A stretch of DNA of 64,000 nucleotides from Mobula hypostoma (lineage: Eukaryota). The notes beneath the pieces were generated by a model, which did not search any database, was not told the origin of the DNA, and saw only the letters and a program-made list of their open reading frames with translations. Location: positions 14,384,001-14,448,000 of the forward strand of contig NC_086125.1 of the NCBI RefSeq assembly GCF_963921235.1, written 5' to 3'. This document shows positions 11,011 through 24,529 of this stretch, one piece after another (position 1 is the first letter of the stretch; each line of letters opens with the position of its first letter). The position numbers and the translations under genes were made by a program.

Positions 11011-12304
11011 TATATTTAGATTGCCTTTACAAAACAGCTATTTATTGAACACCATCTTCAACAAAGTCTGAGATCTCCCAACTTAAAGGGAGCTCTTTCT
11101 GGTGAGTGCGAAACCACCAACACCCCCTTCGCTCACTGTTCCAGTACTTCAGAGAACTTAGTCAACATGTTATTAGAGTGACAAGTCTAAGTGCTCATTT
11201 CCTTTTATTATATTTCAACTGCTCCCCAACCATCAATTTAAAGGAATTCCTGTTTTCCCTTTTCTAGTTTCTAGTTCTGACAAATGTCATTAAACATAAT
11301 TATTTCTCTCACAACTAATGCTATCTGATCCATTGGGTATTTCCCATATTTTCCAGTGTTAGTTTGGAGTTCCATGTGTGCAGCTTTCTGCTTCTTGCAC
11401 TTTCAACTTTGTATCCATGGAGAAAAGGAATTTACTATTACAATCCCTACTTTGCACTCTCACTATCTGGTCATTCTGAGGTAAACAGATCTCTCCAGTT
11501 ATTTCTAATAGGAGTTTCCACTGGCCCTCTCCCCACCCTCGAGTCATCTCCATTGTAAATTCTCCAACCCAAGGTAAATAAGCCCAATTTCACATCAGAG
11601 AAACTTGCATTCTCCCTAACCCATAGTCACTTCCTCATTTTCATCCTTATGATGACAAATGTGACTTTGTCAACCCCTGGACCATTATTAACAATCAGCT
11701 AACCTCATCGACAGTGAAAGCACTGGGACTGTGCATTCAGGACTCATCCCCGGCTCTTCAAAGCAACAACAATCTATTTATATGGCAGAATAAGTCACAC
11801 ACTTTTCAGCCGTTTTATCAAACTGAATTTGACATTGATCTACAAAGGGAGAAATTAGAGCTGCTGACTAATACCTCCATCAACAAGATGGGTTTCAAGG
11901 AGAATCTCACAGAAAGGCTGGTGGAGTTACAAACTTAAGCCTTTAGCATCTGGAGGTACAAACATCATTAGTGCAGCAGCAGTAGTTAAAATTGACCAAG
12001 AGATTAAAATTACAGGATGTTATTGAAGAGACACAAAACACTTTGAATTACACAACATTTTTGCAACCTACAAATGCAACACTCATGTGTCAGAGCAACT
12101 CACACCAACTCATACCTTTGTATAATGCATGCATAGCAATAAAAAAAAACAACACTTAGCTAACATCCTAGTAGACAGAGGGATGCTAGTTTGTACCAAG
12201 CTTAACTAAATAGTTCTCCAAATGGAAGAGCGCATTTCAGGCCCTTGTAGCTGGTGGCATTAAAACATCCCCCAATCTCCCACATAGGTAGGCATCTTCT
12301 GGTC

Positions 12305-12383
12305 CAGGGATTCCCAACCTTTTTTATGTCTTGGACCAATATCATTAAACAGGGGGTCCGTGGACCCAGGTTGAGAACTCCTG
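12305..12383. mobile_element. hAT MITE, same family, opposite orientation
   Basis: cagggattcccaacc...ggttgagaactcctg; right flank tcctagac. Confidence 0.75.
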
Positions 12384-13367
12384 TCCTAGACCATCGTAAT
12401 CAGTTCCATGCTTAATGCAATGAATATGCCGTCTGTGTTTCTGTGTATGCACTGGCCACAAACAGCCCTAAGTACTCACAACAATCGTATTTTCTTTTGG
12501 AGTGTTTTTATCAGTGTAGTTTCTCAGGACAAAGCTCTCGACCGTCACACTGCACAGGAACAAACATTGACCAAGGAGGATGAAGAATAGACAGCATTCT
12601 TGTGTGGGACACTGGAAGGCTTAGACACTGACACCATTGGACTAAAATGACTAGTTTAGAGACAAAGAAACACCTGGATCCAAGAGGAGGCTAGAATGAG
12701 GATACACAATATTTTTGTGTTGGCAGATGATAGGAAAGCATAGATAAACAGATTGGTGGAATGCATAACCAAATGTTTGGCACACTCCGTGGACTACCTG
12801 ATAACCAGGCTTCAAGAGATGACGAGTAGTATTGCGTAATTAATAATCAACCTCAGCAGTAGTTTCTGTGAAGCCAATTACACATCATTTCCACACTCAA
12901 AGTAGAATACTTGGAATACTCTGTGCCAACCAGCATGAACACTTCACAGTGCAGCAGCTGAAGGAATAGGATTCTCTTTCCATGGTCAAAGTCTCACATG
13001 CCCCAGCAGACTCTCAGGGTACTATTAGTTGGGAGCAATCCACTTCACATGAGGACAAAGAACGTCACACAGAGTAGGTTACTCTCAACCAGCAGTATAC
13101 TGCTGTTCTGCACAGAGTACTGACAATAGGGGAGAACATTATAATTACTCTGCAGTTTGTTGTTTTGTAGGATTTGGTCAATGGATGTGGGTCTGTATGC
13201 TTTGAGGCAGTTATGCAAAACACCATAGCAGATCTGCAGTCGTTCCTGGGAAAGTATTATTGGCATTGTGGAGTGAAGTTGCTGTTCTTCAGGATATCAG
13301 CAATTCTTTTCTAAGAGCTTACTCTCAGGCAGTCCTGGCCATCTCCCCTCTACCTTTCAGTCTAGAT

Positions 13368-13447
13368 CAGGGGTTCCAAACCTGGGCTCCAAGGACCCCT
13401 TGCTTAATGGCATTGGTCCACGGCATAAAAAAGGCTGGGAGCCCCTG
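13368..13447. mobile_element. 80-bp hAT (Charlie-like) MITE
   Basis: TIR caggggttcc / ggagcccctg; 8-bp TSD gtctagat/gtctacat, matching the NTCTAGAN Charlie target. Confidence 0.85.
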
Positions 13448-13785
13448 GTCTACATGAAGGTCTTGACCTGAAATATCGATTGTCCATTTTCCTTTACAGA
13501 CACTGCCTGACCCACTGAGATCCTTCAGGAACTTGCATTTTGTTGTCAACTATCCTCCCATCAAATGACAGGGAGTAGCTCTCCTTACCGATAGCAGTGA
13601 TACAGGCAGTAGGCAGACACACAGAAGGTTCAGGCGAAGTTGTATGTTTGATAAATTGTTCATCCTTTTTAATTATTTTTTCTCAATCATTCAAGTATCA
13701 AGAAACTAACTAGAGTTACAGATTGAGTGATTTGTAGCTTAAAAGAGGAATCAGTATCCCTAGCATTCAGGATACCTTCAAAAGG

Positions 13786-13992
13786 TTGGTGGAACGCAGC
13801 AGGCCAGACAGCATCCATAGGAAGAAGCACAGTTGACGTTTCGGGCCGGGACCCTTCATCTAGTCCTGACGAAGGGTCTCGGCCCCAAACGTCGACTGTG
13901 CTTCTTCCTATGGATGCTGTCTGGCCTGCTGCGTTCCACCAGCATTTTGTGTGGCTGCTTGAACTTCTAGCATCTGCAGATTTCCTCGTGTT
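13786..13992 (+). mobile_element. Fold-back PLE terminal insertion inside a Rex1-like LINE fragment
   Basis: Inverted arms about 13787-13860 and 13868-13941; 13-bp TSD taccttcaaaagg at 13773-13785 and 13993-14005; hammerhead cores damaged (GAAA to CAAA on the plus copy). Confidence 0.88.
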
Positions 13993-14573
13993 TACCTTCA
14001 AAAGGCGAGGCCTCAGAAAGGCGGCATCCATCATTCAGATGTAAGACACAGGAGCAGAATTAGGCCATTCAGCCCATCGAGTTCGCTATACCATGGCTGA
14101 ACCCAGATCCCATTCAACCCCATACAAGGACCCCCAGGAAATGCCCTGTTCCCATTGCTACCCACCAGGTGGTGGTACAGGAGTCTGAAGAGACACTCCC
14201 AATGTTTCAGGAACAGCTTCTTCCCCTCCACCATCAGATTTCTGAATGGACACTGAATCCATGAACACCACCTCACCATATTTCCCCTCTCTTTTCACGC
14301 TAATACTTTATATATACATATTGTACTTTATAGTTTTTATAATTATATATTGCAAGGTACTGCTGATGGAAAACAACACATTTCACAATGTATGTCAGTG
14401 ATTTTAACCTGATTCAGTATATGGGGTATAATGAGACAAGGAAATCCAAGCAACACACAAACAAAATGCTGGAGGTACTCAGCAGGCCAGGCAGCATCTA
14501 TGGGGAAAATAAAGTAAACATTCGATGCTGCCTGGCCTGCTGAATTCCCCTAGCATTTTGTGTGCGTTGCTTG

Positions 14574-15077
14574 CAAACATCCCGCCCTGCAAAAACTCAT
14601 TTCAGGGAGGTAGCACCATCAATTTGCGGGAGACTCCAGGAACTTCTGGGAGAGGTGGGATGTTTGCAATAGAGTAGCTCCTTAGCAGCTAGCCAGCTAG
14701 TTTAAATAACGTTAGCTATGCTAATGAACGAATGACACCTGTTAAACTCACCTCAACACGTCTTTTACAGTCTTAACCCACCATGGGCAATAGCAAAGTC
14801 ACTGTTGCAAACAGTGCAGCGAGCAACACTGTCATTATTTTGACTCTATTAGGCAGGGGTACACTTTAGGGTAGTTTGGGGTGACATACGTTTTATATTT
14901 TCTTTTTTTGGAACACTGCCATGGCTGGCTGGCTGTCTGTCTCTCTCTCTCTTGCCTTCTCTCGCTCGCTCTCAAAAAAATTGATTTCCATGGTATTGTA
15001 TATAATTTGCGGGCATCAGGGAGCCACTATTAATATGCGGGAGACTCCCGGAACTTCTGGGAGAGGTGGGATGTCTG
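14574..15077. mobile_element. Same MITE family, copy 2
   Basis: Highly similar to 6678-7256; TIR caaacatcccgcc / ggtgggatgtctg; 6-bp TSD tgcttg. Confidence 0.9.
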
Positions 15078-15280
15078 TGCTTGTATCTTCTTGTCTCATT
15101 ATACCCCATATTATTTTCTCTCACTAAGAAACCATTCTGCTGAACGCTCTTGAAATGATGAATGATATTATCAGTTTCTCCCTCCCTCCCCCCAACTCCT
15201 ATCATTGTGCAGGTGAAAATGTTGCAGGGATTTGGGAGTCTTGTGGCAGGCTTATCAGATGACAAAACTCTGCTGTCAGG

Positions 15281-15530
15281 AGGGGCACCACGGTAGAGTA
15301 GCAGTTAATTTAACGCTTTACAGTGTCAGTGATCAAGGTTAAATTCCCGTCGCTGTCTGTAATGAGTTTGTACATTCTCCCTGTGACTGCGTGGGTTTCT
15401 CTGGGCACTCTGGTTTTGTCCTGCTTCCCAAAGATGTATAGGTTAGTAGGTTAATTGGTCACTGGGAGGTATTTCGGAGGCTTGGTCTTGTTGGGCTGGG
15501 AAGGCCTATTACCGTGATGTATTTCTAAAT
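15281..15530 (+). mobile_element. HE1/V-SINE
   Basis: tRNA-like head then V-domain gagtttgtacattctccctgtgactgcgtgggtttc. Confidence 0.8.
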
Positions 15531-15804
15531 TTAAGAGCAATTATCCTTCATAGTTTTAGTACCATATCCCTTTCTAGCGTTTAGAAGAAGCTTGTGTTGA
15601 ATGGCCTTTATGTGGGTCCATCCTGTTGTTGTGAATTTGATTTTAAGTTGGATGTTACTATTCCCGGTGTGGTATCAATACATCAAGTGTTGCCCGCAGG
15701 CAATCCAACCTTTATCTGCAGCCTCTTCATTTCTAACATCAGCAGAAGTTGTGCATGTCATCTCCTATTGTGCATGAGATGGTAGAACTGGAACTACTCT
15801 TAGT

Positions 15805-16560
15805 TTATAAACAGGAGATATTCTGCAGATGCTGGAAATCCAGAGCATCACAGACGAAATGGTGGAAGAACTCAGCACGTCAGACAGCATCAACGGAAAC
15901 GAATAAGCAGTCAGCGTTTTGGGCCAAGACCCTTTCTCAGGATGGAAAAGGAAACGGGAAGAACTTGGAATAAAAAGATAGGATGGAAAGGAGGAGGATA
16001 GCTAGAAGGTGATAGGTGAAGCCAGGTGGGTAGGAAAGGTAAAGGGTTGGAGAGGAAGGAATCTGATAGGAGAGTGGACCATAGGAGAAAGGGTAGGAGG
16101 AGCGAACCCAGGGGGAGATAAGGGCAGGTGAGAAGAGGTAAGAGGCCAGAGTGGGAAATAGAAGACAAGTGGAGGGAGAGGGATTTTTTTTTTAAACTGT
16201 AAGGAGAAATCAATACTCATGCTATCGGGCTACCCACCCTGAGAGTGTCCTCATCATGGCACAAGAGGAAGCTATAAACCAACATGTCTGAACCAGAATA
16301 GGAATTGGAATTAAACAGTTTGGCCACCAGGAAGTTCTGCATTTGGAGGATGGAGCGGTTCCCCAATTTACGACGGGTCTCACCGATGTAGAGAAGGACT
16401 TATCAAGAGCACCAGACACAAAAGATGACACCAGCAAGTTTTTCAGGTGAAGTGTTGCTTCACCTGGAAGGGTTGTTTGTGGCCCTGAATGAAGCCGAGG
16501 GAGGTAGTGAAAAGGCAGGTGTTACACTTCGGCTACTTGCAGAGGTGAGTTCTGGGATTC
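15805..16560 (-). mobile_element. PLE 3' fragment
   Basis: Same family as 62550-63900 in reverse; degenerate hammerhead 15908-15945. Confidence 0.8.
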
Positions 16561-17876
16561 TTAGTTCATTTCCTCCTCGCCCATGATTGGCTTCAGAATT
16601 TTGTCTGATCGGCATTTGTCCGGTTATTAGCACAAAGATGACTATTCTGAAACAGCCTGTTGCTCACATTTTTAAAAGTGTTGATGTCACAGCAGTCTAA
16701 TATTTCCAGAACCAGTTCTGTTCCAGACTCTGAAACGCTGCCTGGGCAGGGTGAAAAGCATTATCAGGGATGCATCTCACCCTAACCATGGACCTTTTAC
16801 TCTCCTCCCATCCGGTAGGCGCTACAGGAGCCTCTGCTCCCGCACCAGCAGGCACAGGAACAGCTTCTTCCCTGAGGCTGTGACCCTGCTGAACCTCACA
16901 TCACAGCGCTAAGCACTATTGCACCCATATTGTACTGTCTCAGTACTTTTATATTTGTGTGCTGTAGCACTTACTTTTCATTCGCAGTTATTTTGTAAAT
17001 AACACTATTCTTTGCATTTCTGGTCAGATGCTAACTGCATTTCATTGGCTTTGTATCTGTACTCGGCACAATGACAATAAAGTTGAATCTAATCTAAAAT
17101 TAAGGTAATTATGTCTGCGGGCAGGAACAAGCACGAACAAATTGGGATATAAACACCTACAATGGTTGGTATATAGGCTTGTATGCAACATTTTGGACCA
17201 GTGGAAATGGTCCAGAAGGGTTGTATGGAAACTATTATTACCATTTTTCTTAACAACTAATTTCATTACTTAGCCTAATAGGTTAGATTTACCACAGTAC
17301 ATAATTATCTATTTAAATGTTTATTTTGCTTTTATATCATCTCAATGTGTACTTAAGAATGTATAAATAATTGTAGTTTTATACATATAAAAAAATGGAA
17401 AAGGTTATATGTGTGAAAAAAGTACATGATAATTGTGAACTCCTTATCCAAATAAAAATAAAATTAAAAAAAAAATTAAGGTCTATCAACATGGAAATTT
17501 GGTGATTATTGAATGGCACACAGCTCATAGTCCATGAATTATGTTCTGCTGTTCCAGACCAGTTCCAAATGCAAAGGTAACTAGATCATGTACAGCTGAG
17601 AATTAGCTATTATGCAGACATTTTAAAATAAATGTGATGAAGAAGGTGTCCAATTTCCCGAATTCTAGGACACTGCTCCATCAGTCCAAATCAATGAATC
17701 TAAGAATGATATCTGTAAAGATCTGTATGAATTCACATTATTCCAACAACTGAATCATCATTACCAAGGGGATCATCATAAGTACAGGAGCAAATGAGGC
17801 ATCAAGATCACTCATTTTGAGACTCTGGTACAGCCTTGCTTCTGGAGTTCGGCTACTCATACAAGAAAAGAATGTT

Positions 17877-18890
17877 GTTCAAAGTAAATTTATTATCAAA
17901 GTATTTATATGTCACCACATACAACCCTGAAATTAATTTTCTTGAGGAAATACTCAATAAACCCAGAATAAAATAATAACCATAATAGAATCACTGAAAA
18001 ACCCCAACTTGGGTGTGCAAAAGCCAACAAACTCGGAAAACACAAAATACAAAGACAAAGAAATAGTAATAATAAATAAGAAATAATTTCCAGACAGGAG
18101 ATCAAGAGTCCCTGAAAGTGAGTCCATAGGTTGTGGGAACATTTTAAATGAGGGGACAAGTGAAGTTATCCCCTTTGGTTCAAGTGTCTGATGGATGAAG
18201 GGTAATAAATGTCCCTGAACCCAGTCCTAAGGGTCCTGTGCCTTCTTTCTGATGGCAGTGGCAAGAAGAGAGCATGTCCTGGATGATGGGGTCCCTGATA
18301 ATAGATGTTGCTTTCTTGTGATAGCACTCCATGGAGATGTGTTCAACGATAAGAGGGCTTCACCCATGACGGACTGGGCTGTATTCACTACATTTTGAAG
18401 GATTTTCCATACCAAGCCATGATACAACCAGTCATTCCACTCTCCACCACACACCTATAGAAGATTGTGAAGGTTTTAAGTGACATGCCAGATCTTCACC
18501 AACTTCTCAGAAAGCAGAGTTGCTGCCGTGCTTTTTCATTATGGCACTTACATGTGGATCCAAGACAGATCCTTTGAAATAAAACACCAAGGAATTTAAA
18601 ATTGCCAAAGTTCATCATCTCTGATGAGGATGAGTCGGTGGACCTCCAGTTTCCGCCTCCTGAGGACAATAATCAGCTCCTCGCTCTTGCAGATGTTGAG
18701 TGAGAGGTTGTTGTTGTGGCATCACTCAGCCAGATTTTCAATCTCCCTCCTATATGCTGATTCATCACCACCTTTGAATCAGCCAATGACGGTGGTGTTG
18801 TCAGCAAACTTAAGTAAGGTGTTGACCTGTGCTTAGCCTCACAGTCAGAAGGGTAGAGCAGGGGGCTAAGCGCACGGCCTTGTGGCTCTG
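17877..18890 (-). mobile_element. Rex1-like LINE 3' fragment
   Basis: Same tail plus RT C-terminal remnants. Confidence 0.8.
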
Positions 18891-19377
18891 CACTAGGCCT
18901 CAGACTCCATTTTATTTTTCCAGTTTCTTCTGCTTGTTCACATCCGCTTGAGGCATTGCCTTTGTTTCTATAGCTTGCCCTCTGCCCTAATTGCCTGGGT
19001 TATTAGTCACATCTGCTCTATTTCCTTCCGTTTAGATTTTACTGTCTCTTCCCACCCAAAAAAAAAGATTAGGACTCCCCCCCATCAATCTCCAAATAAA
19101 ACATGAGGCCCCCATTGGTCAGGGTCAACCGCAGATGTTGTGTCCTAGCTGTCTACAAAGTTGTTACACAAACCAAGGCAGCACTATACGAAGAGCAAGC
19201 TGTTGTCCGTGCAGCTGACCAATCCAAAGGAACAGCAAAGACCAATACAGTTTGGCACCAGCAGCATTGCAGGAGTTGCCTGTCAATGCTGAACTCAACA
19301 CAGGATGCCTTAGGCACTCCTAAAACAAGTCCTCTGTAACTTTCATCACCTCTAATGTGTTACTGCTAGATAACCAC

Positions 19378-19720
19378 CTCACCTCCCAGCATCCCAAAGT
19401 GACTGCATCTTCCCTCCTATCCCACTGATCTCCCAGCATCCCAAAGTGACTGCCTCTCCCCTCCTATCATCCCAAAGTGACTGCTTCTCCTCTCCTATCA
19501 TCCCAAAGAGTCTGCCTCTCCCCAACTCCAATCCCTCTCATTTCCCAGCATCCCAGACAGCTTCTCCCCTCCTACCCCCGTCATCTCCCAGCATCCCAAA
19601 GATTGCCTCTCCCCAACTCCAATCCCCATTATCTCCCAGCATCCCAAAGACTGCCTCTCCTCTCCAACCCCCTTTATTTCCCAGCACCCCAAAGAGACTG
19701 CCTCTCCCCAACTCCAATCT
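19378..19720. repeat. C-rich minisatellite
   Basis: About 7 degenerate units containing ctcccagcatcccaaag(tg)actgcctctcccc. Confidence 0.85.
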
Positions 19721-19949
19721 TATCGCTCTATCAACAACTGTTCCTCACAGAAGCTGAAGGTAGGAATGTCACAATTTGTTCTTTCAGATCTCCTCGTTAC
19801 TCAGTTCTCCAAACGCTCCTACGTGAAAAAAATTCTTCCTTTTTTTCCAATTAACAGCACTTAATGTTCACAATATGTTCTCCCCTGCATTGGGGAAACT
19901 AACACAGATCGAATGATCCCAGGCTTCCACTTCAAGTCTCCATCCCACT

Positions 19950-20485
19950 GCCACAACCAGAAGTTTTTGTGCCAGCTACAAAAAGTAGTGTAGGAGGGCC
20001 AGTCCATCACAGATAAAGCCCTCCTCAACACTGAACACACCCATACCAAGTGTTGTCACAGGAAAGCAGCATCCATCGTCAAGGACTCCCACCACCCAGA
20101 CCATGCTCTCTTCTTGTTGCTGCCATCAGGAAGGAGGTACAAGAACCGCAGGACTCATGACACCGGGTTCAGTAAGGGTCGTGACACCTCAACCATCAGG
20201 CTCTTAAACCAGTGGGGATAACTACATCACTGAATTGTTCCCACAACCTACAAACTCACTTTCAAGGACTCTGCATGTCATGTTCTCGATATTTATTGCT
20301 TGTTTATTTTGTATTTGCACAATTTGTTGTCATTTGCACATCGGTTGCTTGTCCGTCCTGTTGGATATGGTCTTTCATTAGTTTGATTATATTTCTCCGT
20401 TAGACTGAGTATGCCTGCTGGAAAACAAATCTCAGGGTTGTGTATAGTGACATATATATACTTTGATAATAAATTTTCTTTGAAC
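19950..20485 (+). mobile_element. Rex1-like LINE 3' fragment
   Basis: aaagcagcatccatcgtcaaggac...ccatcaggaaggaggtac; tail tttgataataaattttctttgaac. Confidence 0.8.
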
Positions 20486-20654
20486 CTAGGCCTCCCCACA
20501 TTAAGACTCTTACACTGTCTCAATGCAGGAATAGCCTCTCCTCTTGTGTGGCCACATTTTAGCGCTCAGGGTTCAAACTGAACAATTTCAGATAACCAGC
20601 CTTTCCAATTAGTTGTCAGAAATGGCTGTTTCTGATGCAAGGTTATCTATCTCC

Positions 20655-21625
20655 AATAACAAACAAGAGAAAAACTGCAGATGCTGGAAATCCTAGCAGC
20701 GCACGCAAAATGCTGGAGGAACTCAGCAGGCCAGGCAGCATTTATGGAAAAAAGCACAGTCAACGTTTTGGGCCGAAACCATTCGGCAGGACTGGAGGAA
20801 AAAAAAGCTGAGGAGTAGATTTGAAAGGTAGAGGGAGGGGAGAGAGAAACGCCAGGCAATAGGTAAAACTTGGAGGGGGAAGGGATGAAGCAAAGAGCTA
20901 GGACTTTGATTGGTGAAAGAGACAGAAGGCCATGGAAGAAAGAAAAAAATGGGGGGGGGGAGGAGCACCAGAGGGAGCTGATGGGCAGGCAAGGAGATAA
21001 CATGAGAGGGAGAAAAAGGGATGGGAAATGGTGAAGGCGGGGGGGGGGGGTGAAGGCATTACTGGAAATTTGAGAAATCGACGTTCATAGATAGATAGAT
21101 AGATACACTTTATTGATCTCGAGGGAAACTGGGTTTCGTTACAGCCGCATCAACCAAGGATAGAGCATAAATATAGCAATACAAAAACCACAAACAATCA
21201 AACAACAAAATGCAAACTATGCCAGATGGAAATAAGTCCAGGACCAGCCTATTGGCTCAGGGTGTCTGACCCTCCACGGGAGGAGCTGCAAAGTTCGATG
21301 GCCACAGGCAGAATCAATCTCCCGTAACGCCCAGTGTTGTATCTCGGTGGAATATGGCTGGAGTCCAACAGCAAAATGCTCAATATTCGGTCTACAAACA
21401 CGTTCCTCGATCGTAATATGACCTGGATTGCACCATCCATTGTTAACCAGAACAGCAAGCCCCCAGCTCCTTTACGCTTACCTTTACGCCATGCCATCAG
21501 GTTGGAGGTTACCCAAACAGAATACAAGGTGTTGTACCTCCAACCCAAGTGTGGCCTTATCATGACAGCAGAGGAGGCCATAGATGGACATATCGGAATG
21601 GGAATGGGAAAGGGAAGGACTTATC
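20655..21625 (-). mobile_element. PLE 3' fragment interrupted by a LINE-derived insert
   Basis: PLE tail and degenerate hammerhead 20757-20795; PLE sequence resumes near 21490 (catgccatcaggttggagg). Confidence 0.8.
21088..21488 (-). mobile_element. Rex1-like 3'-end element with (CTAT)n tail
   Basis: (AGAT)n then tttattgatc; minus strand encodes PPRYNTGRYGRLILPVAIEL, resembling the Rex1 RT C-terminus. Confidence 0.65.
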
Positions 21626-24529
21626 TCTAATGTTAACGTTGCTTTTCTCTCTTTTAGAGTTGCTGAGTACTTCCAGAGTTCTCTGTTTCTTTCTGGCTTC
21701 CGGCAATAGTGCTTCCCTAACCCCTCCCCACCCCCCCCCCCAGCACCCCCTATCCGGCTCCATTTTCTCCCTGCTAGATAGACCAGCTATGATTAGCAAG
21801 CCTTCCCCACCCTCTCGGACAGCACCAACATCAGTGCAGGTATCTGGAGTCTCAGATTCTCTATCCGATCACGGAGGAATAGAACTGAGATGTGGAGAAT
21901 CTGAATCAAAATCAGGTTTAATGTCATCAGTGTGTCTGTTGAGAAATTTGTTAACTTTGTGGCGGCAGTACAATGCAATACATGATAAATGTAGAAAAAT
22001 TACTGAATTACAGTATTTATTAAACAGTTAAATTAAGTAGTGCAAAATCAGAAATTTAAAACAAAGTAGTGACGAAGTGTTTATGGTTTCAATGTCCATT
22101 TTAGAAATTGCATGGCAGAGGGGCATCTATGCTAATCCTGTTTCGTGTCTTGGTTGGCCAACACTGCAATAATGTGACGCAACAGAAAAGGCCCAAAATA
22201 CTTTACGAGTATGTTAACAAAAACGTGTGTGTTAGCACAAAAGGAAAGGGGAGACGGGCTCTTTTTTCTTTTGAGAAAAAGGCTGAGTGGTTACCCATTC
22301 AAAGTCTTTAAAATGGAGTGGACTGTAAAAGAATGTTTGTATGTGGGAATAGCACAGCACAAGGCCACCAATGTAAGATGGTCACCAATAAACTCATAGG
22401 CAACTCCACAAGAAAATCACCACCACGTGGAGTGATGGAAATAAATAACGTACATTTAAATCTTGACTGGACAAGTATGAGGGAGAAGTTGATAGAAGAT
22501 TATGCAGATGATTTGGATGAGGGAAGATGGGAAGAGTTTCCAATGAAATATAAATCCAGTGTGGATCCGTGACCCCATTTCTATGTTGTGTGCTTTGTGA
22601 GATACACTAAAATCCATGGTCATTTCTCACAGCTTCCAGAAGTCCCTGCTTGAAAAAGCTTTGGTCTGACAAGGAATGTGAATCTTCCACAACAAGCAAG
22701 GAACCTTGTTTTAAATTAGATCAATGCTGTTTTCAAGGGCATTTTAAATGCCCAAATGACATGGCTGTGGGTCTAAGTATACTACTGAACCTATTTAACC
22801 TTAAAATGTTTAATAGAGTCATACAGGCCACTCAGCCCACCTTGACCATCAGAAATCTATGAACACTAATTCCATTTAAATCTCTTGCATACCCACGAAC
22901 TTCTTCTCCTATTGCTGCCCAACCCTTCAAAAGAAACATACGTGGTAGAAGGACTTTCTTTGCACAGTCACCTTTCCTTTCGATGTGTTAAATCTTCTGT
23001 GTCCGTTAAACATCAAGTTCTGTTATTCTGCTCAGTTACATTTTTGTTCTACCTATTCTCTCATTACAGCAGCCTCCCAATATTCACTGTCTATAATTCT
23101 GATTACCTGCCACTAACTTGTTGAATTATAATTTATTGCAATCATAACCAATAAATGCTGGCATAGTTCTTTCAGAAGCACTGTCCCAAAATTGGTCTGC
23201 TTTTATTCCTCTGGTTAAAATAAACAGCCACTAATTCCTCTTTCCTTTCTTATACTTTGAGGAAATGCAGTACTGGCTTTCCCCGAAATGACACCCTAGC
23301 AACTGTGTAATTATTTTGGAACTGGCATTAGTCCAATGTGATCAGAGGTACCATGAAAGCAATTAGTGAGGTGAAAGGGAAACTGTGCAATCCAAAAGAC
23401 ACAGAAATAAATTCCAAGAGAGGAAGAGGAAAACAAAATAAAATGCTAGAAACACTCAATAGATCAGGTAACATCTATGGAAATTGAAACAGAATTAATG
23501 TTTCAGGCCCAGTCGTTTATTGTCGTCCACAAATATAGTGAGGGAGTGTTACAATGATGAACAGCATCAGGGCACATAGATCCAGACAGGACACAGAACA
23601 TGTTCATTTATGTCAGCGAAAAGCAAAGAAAACAACTGCATAACAAGACATTACTGTAAATATCCTTCCATGTCCTATAGATGGGAGGGATTAGCATTTG
23701 GATGTTTTTGATTTGATTTTTAGCTGGTTTGGTGCAACATTGTGGGCCGAATGGCTTGTTTCTGTGCTGTACTCTTCTATGTATGTTCTATGTTCTATTA
23801 AGAAAAGCAAGTTCACAGCAGTGCAAGAGGGGGTCTACAGTATTCCATTGCTGGGGTAGAATCAAAGCACTTACATCTGAAGTGGAAGATTTAAAAAAAA
23901 AAGTTTTCATTTGCAGGGTGTAGTGAAAGGATGTTTTAAAACAAGAGAATATTTCTAGCAGGGCAATGCCAGGGGTTAATAAGGTTATAACGTGCTGAAG
24001 CCAGCCGGTTGATAGATTAATGAGGACTGATCTTGACAGTGAGTGAGCAAGTGAGAGAAAACAAACAAAGAGAGGTGAAAAAAATTAATTGGAAGTCAAA
24101 GCTGTAGGAAGTGCTTGATGGATTAAATGGTGGGAGTGGAAAGAGAAAAGATGATCTTATTTTAGAAGGGTAACTTAATAGCAGAACTGGGTATCAGGAG
24201 TAAGAGGGGGGCCAGGGAAAGAATGACTCACTTAGAAACTCGAGGATGTGAGCAAGTCCTTAAGCGAATACTTCTCCATGGTATTCACCAAGGAGAAGAA
24301 CAGGAAGGATAGTGAGTTTAAGGAGGAGTATGCTGATAGTCTGGAACATGTCAGTATCAAGGGGGTGGAGGTTAGTCTGAGATTATTGTCAAAGGCACAA
24401 ACACAGAATAAAAATCATATCATACAGTGTAAAACGCTACAAAAGCTGGACATGAGTGCAGGACAAAAACAGGCACAATCAAAGACAGGTCCATGATAAT
24501 GCAAGAGCGGGTCTGTAATGCACAGAGCA

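Noticed and set aside
13687-14044. Overlapping sense/antisense ORFs with near-identical proteins (also 48519-48914)
   Set aside because: An artefact of the DNA palindrome, not a protein-coding pair.
19378-19720. CRISPR-like or coding repeat array
   Set aside because: Units are degenerate tandem copies without unique spacers in vertebrate intron DNA. This is a minisatellite, as is 42345-42645.
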